Shown here: in pieces, positions 55,940 through 64,000 of the stretch
How positions within the stretch are numbered: position 1 is the stretch's first letter
Layout: the number at the start of each line of letters is the position of its first letter
Assembly: GCA_023898465.1 (NCBI GenBank)
Contig: CP060223.1
Span: 1 to 64,000, forward strand
From: Candidatus Nomurabacteria bacterium
GTDB lineage: Bacteria; Patescibacteriota; Patescibacteriia; HK-STAS-PATE-3
Direction: 5' to 3'
Length of the DNA: 64,000 nt
The notes under the pieces: generated by a model
Databases searched by the model: none
Told to the model about the DNA's origin: nothing
The model's input: only the letters and a program-made list of their open reading frames with translations
Translations under genes and position numbers: made by a program

Positions 55940-58900
55940 ATGCGATTTCATTTAGCTTCACGCATCCTCATCGGAGCGCTTCTCGTGCTTACTGGAGCGC
56001 TATTTTCGCATACCGTGTTTGCTGCATATGGTGATGTGACGAGTTTTACCAGCAAAGTGTATGCAGGAGATGGCGGACAAGCAGCTAATGCATGGTTAGA
56101 TTTTCCGGAAGATATTAATTTTGATGCTGATGGCAACCTTTACGTTGCTGATACAGAGAATTTTGTTATTCGAAAAATAGACACGAACGGCGTGATCAGC
56201 ACCTACGCCGGATCTGGCCATTATGGTTTTTACAATGCGCCTGGGAATGCTGCTCAATTTGCTTCGCCAAAAGGACTTGCCATTGATAGCTCAGGGAATA
56301 TCTACGTGGCGGACACGGATAACAACATGATTCGCAAGATTGATCGTTATCGTGGCATCTCCACTGTGTTATCAGACAATTTGAACGCTCCCGAAGGTAT
56401 CACAGTATATGGTAGCTATCTCTACATTGCCGATACTGGGAATAACGCAGTAAAAAAACTCAATCTTGGTAACGGACGAGTTGATATTCTTAGTTCTGAT
56501 GTTTCTCATCCACGTAAGTTAGTAGTAAATACTGATGGGAGCTTAGTCTATGTCACTGACTCGGGAAATAATCGAGTAGTTTCAGTGAATACCAGCACCG
56601 GATTAACCTCATTGATTGCTGGAAGCTCAGAAGGGTATCGAGAGGGTGTGGGAAGTGCGGCAAAGTTTTCTAATCTCGCAGGAATTGCCTTTGACGGCAC
56701 CTATATATATGTGGGCGATGGATCAGGGCATGATAATCGCATTCGCAAAATCCACATTGGCACGAGACAGACAAGCTTGGTGGCTGATGATCCTCGTTTG
56801 CAAGTATTTAGCACTCCTTTTGGCATCCGGATTCGAAACGGGAAAATCTACGGCGCCAGCACCGGAAATAGCACCATCCAATCCTTTACTGCTTCAAACG
56901 GCGAACACTATGCGCGCATCGCCGGAATTGATCGCTTTGGTTATCGTAACGGGTCAATCACTGAAGCGCTTTTTGGTCGACCAAATGATGTGGTTATGAA
57001 CGCGGCTCGGACAAAAATGTATGTAGCTGAGAATAATAAGATTCGTGAAATTAACCTCGAAACCAGTCAGGTTCGATTAGTAGCGGGTAACTCGATTGAT
57101 GATTACGTAGGCGAGGGACAAAGCGGATCCGCAGCTCGCTTCAGCACTATTACTGCCATGGCAATCAATAGTGATGGAGATACGCTCTATGTGGTTGATC
57201 ACTGGAATAATCGCATTCGCGCAGTCGACGTTGCCACGGGCACTACGTCTTTAATTGCTGGAGGAGGAGAGTACAATACGAGTGGCTCAGGCAATGGTTA
57301 TGCAGAGGGAAGTGGAGAAAGTGCTCGTTTTGATAATCCTTTTGGTATTGCTATTTCGCCTGACGATACCACCTTATATATCACTGATGTAGCAAATCGT
57401 CGTATTCGTAAAGTGGTTATTTCGACTGGCGCCACCTCTCTTGTTGCTGGCTCAGGTGCAAATACTTCAAGTGATGGCTCAGGTGCTGCCGCGTCATTTA
57501 TGTATCCGGCTGGCATTACTATCGATACCGCAGGTGAAAATCTCTATGTAGCAGATCGCGATGCGCATACTTTGCGTAAGATTCGCTTGTCCGATGCTAT
57601 GGTCACCACGATCGTTGGTACGGCCGGTCGACAAGGTTATCGTGATGGCATTGGTGCAAATGCTGTCCTTTCTTATCCGCTGTATGTGAAGTGGGGCAGT
57701 GATAATCGCCTTTATTTCTCCGAAGCAGGATCGCTTCGACTTCGCTTAGTAGAAGTGAGTGACATGTTAACTAAATTGGTAGCTGGTAGCGGAAATCGTG
57801 GCTATCACGATAGCACACGGACTGATGCAAAATTCAATAATATCGCTGGATTTGCTGTTGATATTCCTTCACATACGCTTTTTGCTGCTGATAATCGTAA
57901 TGATTTAATTCGACGTATTAGTATTGCCGGTTCGCCGCCTTACTCTGATCCACAACCAGTTGTACAAGGTGTGCGACCAAGTCCGATAAAAGATCAAACA
58001 GATGCGTCAGCCGTAGCCTATCTCGATGTTTTGGGCGCGAACTTCCTGCATGGCGCCGAAACAAAGTTTGGTGATTTTCGCACTACTACCTATGTAAAGA
58101 GTGATTCGCAGCTTACCGTAGTTATCCCGATCGGTTTGATGGAGCCGGGACACTACGATGTCTCAGTGACAAATCTTGATGGCCAGGTTGATATCCTTAC
58201 CAATGGCTTTGGTCTCTCTGATGCGAATGGAAATGTGCCGGAGCGCTTCTTCCCCATTTTGGAGCAAGGTGGCTTCTATGCCTATGCGCCAAACTTCCCA
58301 GGAGGAGTAAATCTGAGTTCCGGCGATGTGAATAATGACGGTCGTGATGAAATAATTACCGCCCCGGCATCTCTCGGTGGACCACATGTTCGTTACTTTA
58401 CCAAAGATGGCTCTGTGGTCGGTCAGCTCTTTGCCTATGCGCCGAGTTATCGCGGGGGAGTGAGTGTTGCCTCTTGCGACATTGATGGTGATGGTAAGGA
58501 CGACATCGTGACGGGTACGGATGGAGCGAAGGCGCCGCATGTACGTATCTTGCGAGCCGACGGTTCATTAATTAACCAATTCTTTGCCTACCCGCAGGCT
58601 TTCCGGATCGGTGTGACAGTAGCCTGTGGTGATGTGACTGGTGACGGTAATCCGGAAATTGTAGTGAGTCCGCAAGCACGCGGTGGTCCACACGTCCGCG
58701 TCTTTACTCCAAATGGCCAATTAGTTTCTCAATTCTTTGCCTACCCGGCACATTTTCGCTTAGGTCTCGACTTAGCTCTCGGCGACACTGACGGGGACGG
58801 TACAAAAGAAATTATTGTCGCACCGTTGACCAATGGCGGTCCACATGTTCGCCGTTTTAATGCGCAGGGTCAACTCCTCGGTCAATTCTTTGCCTACGGT

Positions 58901-59185
58901 GCAAATCTGAGAACTGGAATCACTATTGAAGCTGGCGATACCGATGGTGATGGTCGGGATGAAATTGTGACTGGCACTGAGAATGGCGCAGCGCCTCACA
59001 TTCGTATCTTTGATGGTAATGGATCTGTTGAAGGACAGTTCTATGGATTTGCTTCGCGCCTCCGCAATGGTGTACACATTGGGGTAGGTGATTACGACGG
59101 TGATGGTGTTGCCGATATTGCCGCAAGCTTGGCGCGTGGTCTTTCCACAGTGCATGTCTACGATAGCAACGGCAACGATTTGTAA
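55940..59185 (+). CDS. large secreted protein with N-terminal NHL repeats and C-terminal FG-GAP (integrin-alpha-like) repeats
   Basis: Signal peptide MRFHLASRILIGALLVLTGALFSHTVFA. Repeated YVADTxNxxIRKID units. At least 7 C-terminal D.DGDG...PHVR..F repeats. The ATG lies 9 nt after a TATACT -10-like hexamer. Confidence 0.8.
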   Translation: MRFHLASRILIGALLVLTGALFSHTVFAAYGDVTSFTSKVYAGDGGQAANAWLDFPEDINFDADGNLYVADTENFVIRKIDTNGVISTYAGSGHYGFYNAPGNAAQFASPKGLAIDSSGNIYVADTDNNMIRKIDRYRGISTVLSDNLNAPEGITVYGSYLYIADTGNNAVKKLNLGNGRVDILSSDVSHPRKLVVNTDGSLVYVTDSGNNRVVSVNTSTGLTSLIAGSSEGYREGVGSAAKFSNLAGIAFDGTYIYVGDGSGHDNRIRKIHIGTRQTSLVADDPRLQVFSTPFGIRIRNGKIYGASTGNSTIQSFTASNGEHYARIAGIDRFGYRNGSITEALFGRPNDVVMNAARTKMYVAENNKIREINLETSQVRLVAGNSIDDYVGEGQSGSAARFSTITAMAINSDGDTLYVVDHWNNRIRAVDVATGTTSLIAGGGEYNTSGSGNGYAEGSGESARFDNPFGIAISPDDTTLYITDVANRRIRKVVISTGATSLVAGSGANTSSDGSGAAASFMYPAGITIDTAGENLYVADRDAHTLRKIRLSDAMVTTIVGTAGRQGYRDGIGANAVLSYPLYVKWGSDNRLYFSEAGSLRLRLVEVSDMLTKLVAGSGNRGYHDSTRTDAKFNNIAGFAVDIPSHTLFAADNRNDLIRRISIAGSPPYSDPQPVVQGVRPSPIKDQTDASAVAYLDVLGANFLHGAETKFGDFRTTTYVKSDSQLTVVIPIGLMEPGHYDVSVTNLDGQVDILTNGFGLSDANGNVPERFFPILEQGGFYAYAPNFPGGVNLSSGDVNNDGRDEIITAPASLGGPHVRYFTKDGSVVGQLFAYAPSYRGGVSVASCDIDGDGKDDIVTGTDGAKAPHVRILRADGSLINQFFAYPQAFRIGVTVACGDVTGDGNPEIVVSPQARGGPHVRVFTPNGQLVSQFFAYPAHFRLGLDLALGDTDGDGTKEIIVAPLTNGGPHVRRFNAQGQLLGQFFAYGANLRTGITIEAGDTDGDGRDEIVTGTENGAAPHIRIFDGNGSVEGQFYGFASRLRNGVHIGVGDYDGDGVADIAASLARGLSTVHVYDSNGNDL

Positions 59186-59234
59186 TTGCTTGATTTAGAA
59201 AAAACCTTGAGAATTTAGGGTTTTTTTATTTATT

Positions 59235-59268
59235 ATTACGTTCTTGCAAAAAAGAAAAAAATGTGTTA
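59235..59268 (+). promoter_or_regulatory. sigma70-like promoter TTGCAA-17-TAAAAT
   Basis: It lies upstream of the Kelch-repeat giant ORF and follows the terminator hairpin of the NHL gene (aaaaacc...ggttttt). Confidence 0.4.
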
Positions 59269-59331
59269 AAATAATTTAGGTAAATTCATGTTCGTAATTG
59301 TGAAAAACCTCGGTATTTCCAAGCTTGTGCC

Positions 59332-62300
59332 GTGGAACGATTGAAACAAAGAAAAGTCAGAATAGGGGAAAAACGCCAATTTAGAAAAACAAGGGGGAAA
59401 ACTCTTGGGAGTGGTGGCGTATTTTTGCGTCGTCGAGCAAAGAAAAAAACCCTAGGTTTTCGACAGTTTATTACACGTTCTGTTCGCCTAAGCCCTCGTC
59501 CAGCGCTTATTGGCGCTTTTGTGGCGCTCGCAGCCCTGGGTGGCATTTGGTATTGGTATGCCCGTTCATCTTTTGCTGTATCGGAAATCTACACATTTAG
59601 CAGCCAATCTGAATGGGAATCAGGTGAGTATTGGCTTCACCAACTCGATACGAAAACGTCAGCTGGTGATATTTCTATAGCTAGTGGAAGTGTTGGGTCT
59701 TGGGATGCTGGTACTCCGGGATATCCAGCAAACGAGCGGGGAAATCCTACCATCGTTCCAGAGGGCACGAATTATGGTGCCGATTTAGTGACTGATGGAT
59801 ATTACGTATACATGATCGTGGGAGGTCGGCAGCCAGGCTTCTTCCGTTACAACCCAGACACTAACACCTGGAAGTCATTAGCCGATGCGCCAACTTCTTT
59901 CTACTATGGAAGTGCGCTGACTTACTACGATGGAAAGATATACGCCATCAATGGACAAGAGGGTGATCCAAGCGCTGATTATTCCGCCGTGCTTTTCAGT
60001 TACGATATTGCTACAGATCTTTGGACACGCTTGGCAGATGCGCCATCAAACTGGGGGCTTGGGTCAGATATCATCAGTGGTCGCAATGGTAAGCTCTACG
60101 CGGTTAAAGGACAAAGCACCGACTTTTTCTGGTCATATAACATTTCCAACGACACTTGGAGTGATACCCTGCCGAGTATTCCGGCTCCCTATCAAATCTA
60201 TACTACCAATAGCCACACCTTAGAATTTTCTGATGTGTCCTACGGAGGGCCCGATCCAGTAAATTGTGAGGCTGGTTGTATTTATGCTTTTCGTGGGAAC
60301 AATAATCGGCAATTTTTACGATTTGATATCCAGTTGAATCAATGGGTAACTGGATTTGCCGATATTCCTTCAGCAATACGCGGAATACATTATGGAAGCT
60401 CGATGGCCTTTGATGATGTGAATGGTATGATGTACGCCTTTACCGGAGGAAACGATGATGAATTTGTAAAATATGATATTGCAAATGAAACCTGGGATGC
60501 CGACACCTTGGATACGCCGGACGCACCTCGCGCAGTATATTACGGCGGGGCGCTTGTGTATTTACAAGGCTACGTGTATGGAACTCTAGGAAGTAACCTG
60601 AGTGAGTTTGTTCGTTACGATGTCACTGCAGGTGAATGGAATTCAATTGTAAGTCCAGCCGCCTCCAGTACTAATGTTAATAATCCAGAAGATGAACTCA
60701 TGGCCTATGTGCCAAACGGTGCGGATTGTGCTGATGCCGATGGTTGTCTTTTCTTAGCACGTGGATCAAATAGTAACACTTTTTGGCGCTATGATATTGG
60801 AGCAAAAACCTGGAATTCACTTACGAACATCACTGCCAGCGTCTATTATGGCGGCTCATTATGCTACGACGGTAACAACAATATTTTTATTGCTCGAGGC
60901 GCAAATACTACTTCTGTCTATAATTACAGTATTAGCGGTAATAGCTTTTCTTCACTAACCTCACCAGGCGCGATTGGAAATGGTGGGGCGATCACATGTT
61001 TAGGCGATAATAACTTTTATCTTTTGCGGGGAAATAACCAGCCGAGTTTTTATCACTACAATGGTTCATGGACGACAGAAACAAATATCCCGGTTGCTCA
61101 GGCAAACCTCGGTGCAGCGGCAACGAATGATGGAACTTATATTTACGTGATGGCCGGTAACTTACGCGGGAGCTTTTTCCGTTTTGAGCCGGGCGTCGGT
61201 TGGACTGAGTTACCTGGATTGCCTACCTCATCCTACTATACCGGAACACTGGAATACGATGGTGTGGATAGTATTTATGCAATTGCCGGACGCTATGAAA
61301 AAGACTTTTGGCGCTACGATATTACTGATCAGACTTGGAATCGTATCACTGATTTGCCAGGCCGTTTTGTAAACTCCCATGCCGCTGCTCATGATGATGC
61401 GAATGATATTCTCTATTTACTCCGAGGTTTCGGCACATCATCTATCTATCGCTTCAATACAGAAACAGATGCGTATATCCCGAGTGCAAATTGGGTTTCA
61501 CCAATTATCGACCTCACCTATGTTTCATCGTTTACGAGTTTTGGTGACTCAGCAACTACACCAGGCTCAACTTCTTTTACCTACGAGTCTCGTACTTCCG
61601 ACGATAAAGTAAATTGGTCAGCTTGGCAGACGATTACCGGAGGCACAAGCATTCAATCTCCTACCAATCGGTATATTCAGATCAAGATAACTTTTAACTC
61701 TGACGACACCAATACTCCAACGCTCTCCAGCTTCAGCATCACCTATGAAAAAGATTCAGTTGATCCGACAAACCCGACAATCACCGGGTATTCCAACAGT
61801 GGCAAAACCGCAACCCTAAATTCTGGATCTTCCTATTACCATACCAATCCTTACTTTGAATTCTCGGGTGCTAGTGATGCCGAGTCTGGTGTAGTCGGCT
61901 ACTATGTTGCCTGGACGACAAACGCGACGCTTGATCCAAGTGCGGATGAAGACTATTTCCAGACAAGCGAGTCCTTTGAAGTAAATACCAGTTTACAAAC
62001 GAGCGCGCCTGGTCCGAATTATTATCTCCGCATCGCAACAAAAGACGGGGCGGGTAATGTCTCAACGCCGCAAACTGCTTTTACCTATGTATACTCCGGT
62101 ATCTCACCGGCTTCAGCAACAACTTGGACAACCCAAGGTGACTTTGAGACAAGCGGAACAAGTGGCACAAATGTGAATACTGCGGCTAATAGTGGCGTTG
62201 ATCTTACCTTAAGCTCCATTACTGATGGCGTATGGACAAACGAAGCGCCAACTCCTAATAACGTTAGTCATGGTGCTAGCTTAGCCTATGACGGAAACGA

Positions 62301-64000
62301 TACGCTGTATTTTGTTCGTGGCACTAACTCACAAGAAATCTACGCGTATTCTATTTCTCAAAAAACCTACACCCAGCTCACGAACTATGGAGTCAATGTA
62401 TATAATGGATCGAGCATGGTGTACATCCCTAGTGGCGCTCAGTGTGCTGACGCTACCGGATGTTTATTTGTGACACGCGGTGCTACCTCGCAAACTTTTC
62501 AGCGTTACAATATTGCCGCGGCTACATGGTCACCTCTCACAGATGTACCCGGAGTAGTGAACTATGGGAGCTCGATAGCCTGGGGTCAGGGAAATTATCT
62601 CTATGTGACCCGTGGAAACAACTCAAGCGACCTTTATCGTTACTCTATTTCAGGTAATTCCTGGACTAGCCTTACTTCAACCGATCAAACGCTTTATTAT
62701 GGATCGACCCTTGTATATGTTGCGCCTGGTGATTATTGCGCTGATCCAACCGGATGTCTCTTTGCTACTCGGGGAAACTCAGATTCTGACTTGTATCAAT
62801 ATAATATAAGTGAAAATTCTTGGATTTATCTTACGAACGCGCCTATTTGGACGCAGTATGGCGCATCATCATACTACTTAAATGGCGCCCTGTATCTCGT
62901 GCGTGGTTATCTCGCAAATGATTTCTTGAAGTATGATATTGCCAACGACTCGTGGTCTTATCTCGATGAAATTCCCACCAACCACTATCAAGGTAGTACC
63001 AATGGTTTAACCTACGTTCCTTCCACAGATACCATGTATCTTCTGCGGGGCTATAGCGACTACTCCCTCTTTGCCTATGATGTGTCAGAGGATCGATGGA
63101 AAACGCCAAGCTTGCCGCAGGATATTTCAAACACTGGATTCTATTATGGCGCAGTAGCCTATGATAGTAATATTGATCAGTTATATGTTTCGCGCGGACA
63201 AAATTACACTGATTGGTGGGCTTTCCATATCGATACAGATGAATGGGAAGAGTTAGCTGATGTGCCAATGCGTGTCTACCAGGGTGCTGATGCTTCTGTG
63301 ATAGATCATGCCAGCAATCAATACGATGGTGTATATTTAATGAATGGCGCCGAAAGTCTCGGTGACAGTGTTGGCTATTTCTTCCGATATAGCCGCACGA
63401 CAGATCTGTGGACTCGTCTAGCTGATCTACCAGCTGAGCCAGGACTTGGTGCTGATCTTGTTTGGGATGGAGTTGATACCCTCTATTCGCCTCGTGGACA
63501 AAACACCACGACCTATTATAAGTATACGATTTCTACAAATACCTGGGACACAGTTGCTTCAACAGTTCCAGGGGCTGTATATCAAGGTGGTTGTCAGGTA
63601 AATGGCGGTGACGGATATATTTACTTAGTACGAGGACAAAACACTGCTAACATTTATCGCTTCAACATTTCGACCGAAACTTGGGACGCTGCTGGCACCC
63701 TAACCTCGGCCCCGGGCAATTTCTATTACGGCGATGCATGTGTCTTAGATGGGCAGGGTAATATCCTCATCCCACGTGGCAATAATACGACAGACATGTA
63801 TGTCTATAACATTGCTGGTGATAGTTGGTCCACTCGATCGGTATTGCAGTACTTTGAATACGGCGAATTGGCCATGACTTCAAATAACGTCATTCTCGGT
63901 TTCCGTGGTGAAAGCACCTCTGCTCTACAGCGCTATGTTGTTGCCACAAGCACGACTGGCTTTGAGGGGAATGGCTCATGGACATCCCAAATTCTTGACT
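59332..64000 (+). CDS. giant Kelch/galactose-oxidase-like beta-propeller repeat protein (partial; continues beyond window end)
   Basis: The frame is continuously open from 59284 to the window edge, so it is absent from the track. Basic N-terminus, then a TM helix ALIGAFVALAALGGIWYWY, then dozens of Y.YD/W.R.D repeats (FFRYNPDTNTWKSL, FWRYDIGAKTWNSL, LYRYSISGNSWTSL...). The start codon is uncertain (GTG 59332 or TTG 59341). The ATG at 59288 is in another frame. Confidence 0.65.
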   Translation, partial: MERLKQRKVRIGEKRQFRKTRGKTLGSGGVFLRRRAKKKTLGFRQFITRSVRLSPRPALIGAFVALAALGGIWYWYARSSFAVSEIYTFSSQSEWESGEYWLHQLDTKTSAGDISIASGSVGSWDAGTPGYPANERGNPTIVPEGTNYGADLVTDGYYVYMIVGGRQPGFFRYNPDTNTWKSLADAPTSFYYGSALTYYDGKIYAINGQEGDPSADYSAVLFSYDIATDLWTRLADAPSNWGLGSDIISGRNGKLYAVKGQSTDFFWSYNISNDTWSDTLPSIPAPYQIYTTNSHTLEFSDVSYGGPDPVNCEAGCIYAFRGNNNRQFLRFDIQLNQWVTGFADIPSAIRGIHYGSSMAFDDVNGMMYAFTGGNDDEFVKYDIANETWDADTLDTPDAPRAVYYGGALVYLQGYVYGTLGSNLSEFVRYDVTAGEWNSIVSPAASSTNVNNPEDELMAYVPNGADCADADGCLFLARGSNSNTFWRYDIGAKTWNSLTNITASVYYGGSLCYDGNNNIFIARGANTTSVYNYSISGNSFSSLTSPGAIGNGGAITCLGDNNFYLLRGNNQPSFYHYNGSWTTETNIPVAQANLGAAATNDGTYIYVMAGNLRGSFFRFEPGVGWTELPGLPTSSYYTGTLEYDGVDSIYAIAGRYEKDFWRYDITDQTWNRITDLPGRFVNSHAAAHDDANDILYLLRGFGTSSIYRFNTETDAYIPSANWVSPIIDLTYVSSFTSFGDSATTPGSTSFTYESRTSDDKVNWSAWQTITGGTSIQSPTNRYIQIKITFNSDDTNTPTLSSFSITYEKDSVDPTNPTITGYSNSGKTATLNSGSSYYHTNPYFEFSGASDAESGVVGYYVAWTTNATLDPSADEDYFQTSESFEVNTSLQTSAPGPNYYLRIATKDGAGNVSTPQTAFTYVYSGISPASATTWTTQGDFETSGTSGTNVNTAANSGVDLTLSSITDGVWTNEAPTPNNVSHGASLAYDGNDTLYFVRGTNSQEIYAYSISQKTYTQLTNYGVNVYNGSSMVYIPSGAQCADATGCLFVTRGATSQTFQRYNIAAATWSPLTDVPGVVNYGSSIAWGQGNYLYVTRGNNSSDLYRYSISGNSWTSLTSTDQTLYYGSTLVYVAPGDYCADPTGCLFATRGNSDSDLYQYNISENSWIYLTNAPIWTQYGASSYYLNGALYLVRGYLANDFLKYDIANDSWSYLDEIPTNHYQGSTNGLTYVPSTDTMYLLRGYSDYSLFAYDVSEDRWKTPSLPQDISNTGFYYGAVAYDSNIDQLYVSRGQNYTDWWAFHIDTDEWEELADVPMRVYQGADASVIDHASNQYDGVYLMNGAESLGDSVGYFFRYSRTTDLWTRLADLPAEPGLGADLVWDGVDTLYSPRGQNTTTYYKYTISTNTWDTVASTVPGAVYQGGCQVNGGDGYIYLVRGQNTANIYRFNISTETWDAAGTLTSAPGNFYYGDACVLDGQGNILIPRGNNTTDMYVYNIAGDSWSTRSVLQYFEYGELAMTSNNVILGFRGESTSALQRYVVATSTTGFEGNGSWTSQILD

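Noticed and set aside
59288-59347. ATG at 59288 as start of the Kelch-repeat giant gene
   Set aside because: It is in a different frame from the long open frame and hits TGA after 19 codons. Either it is a separate mini-ORF or there is a frameshift. The main ORF was anchored at in-frame GTG/TTG instead.
1001-63268. Numerous short track ORFs lying antisense to or nested in confident genes (for example 1001-1300, 7045-7272, 19598-20350, 30560-31105, 36617-37125, 40355-41139, 52579-53127, 58163-59155)
   Set aside because: They overlap genes with strong homology-style signatures, lack RBS or promoter context, and have low-complexity or Arg/Ser/Pro-rich translations typical of reverse-frame artefacts.
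1-64000. CRISPR arrays, rRNA genes, prophage structural modules
   Set aside because: No regularly spaced direct repeats, no rRNA-like conserved blocks, and no capsid, terminase or tail gene products were seen anywhere in the window.

Overview
This is a 64 kb bacterial chromosomal segment. It reads as mid/high-40s % GC by eye; nothing was computed. Many genes have near-consensus sigma70-type promoters (TTGACA-17-TATACT-like), and several have a -10 hexamer only a few nucleotides from the start codon.

The backbone is housekeeping:
- proC/proB, ruvB, queA, typA and secG.
- rpsO followed by pnp, with two extra genes between them.
- An infB-rbfA-nrnA-like cluster.
- A clpP, rny, ymdB-like cluster.
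- pilT with an adjacent cNMP/GAF regulator, and a xerC/D-like recombinase.
- Eight tRNA genes: Arg-TCT, Phe, Pro, Leu, Lys, Arg-TCG, His, plus pseudo-tRNA-Lys fragments.
- HU, Hsp20, VanW, Nif3, SpoIID/LytB, an ABC exporter pair, and an OppA-like binding protein.

Punctate islands that differ in composition interrupt this backbone:
1. A visibly GC-rich four-gene operon at 52.1-55.9 kb encoding two soluble and two membrane proteins that I cannot assign to a family. It has its own consensus promoter, coupled start/stop junctions and a terminator. It is the best candidate for an undescribed system.
2. A very AT-rich gene for a PIN-like protein wedged between a TfoX-like gene and tRNA-His plus an integrase-type recombinase.
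3. Several solitary GC-rich small ORFs, each with its own promoter, RBS and terminator.
4. A BNR/Asp-box protein with a T9SS-type C-terminal sorting domain.
5. An IS200/RAYT-type transposase pseudogene next to tRNA-Lys, with a 32-bp tRNA-3-prime direct repeat and pseudo-tRNA debris.
6. Two giant repeat proteins at the 3-prime end: an NHL plus FG-GAP protein, and a Kelch-like protein that runs off the window.

Three ORF-poor stretches look like structured RNAs:
- 2469-2635: two tandem, perfectly paired H-type pseudoknots.
- 32945-33300: a consensus promoter, then about 350 nt with no ORF, then a terminator.
- 12100-12365: a promoter, a strong SD with a 10-codon mini-ORF, a GC-rich RNA, then a terminator.

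No CRISPR array and no rRNA were found.
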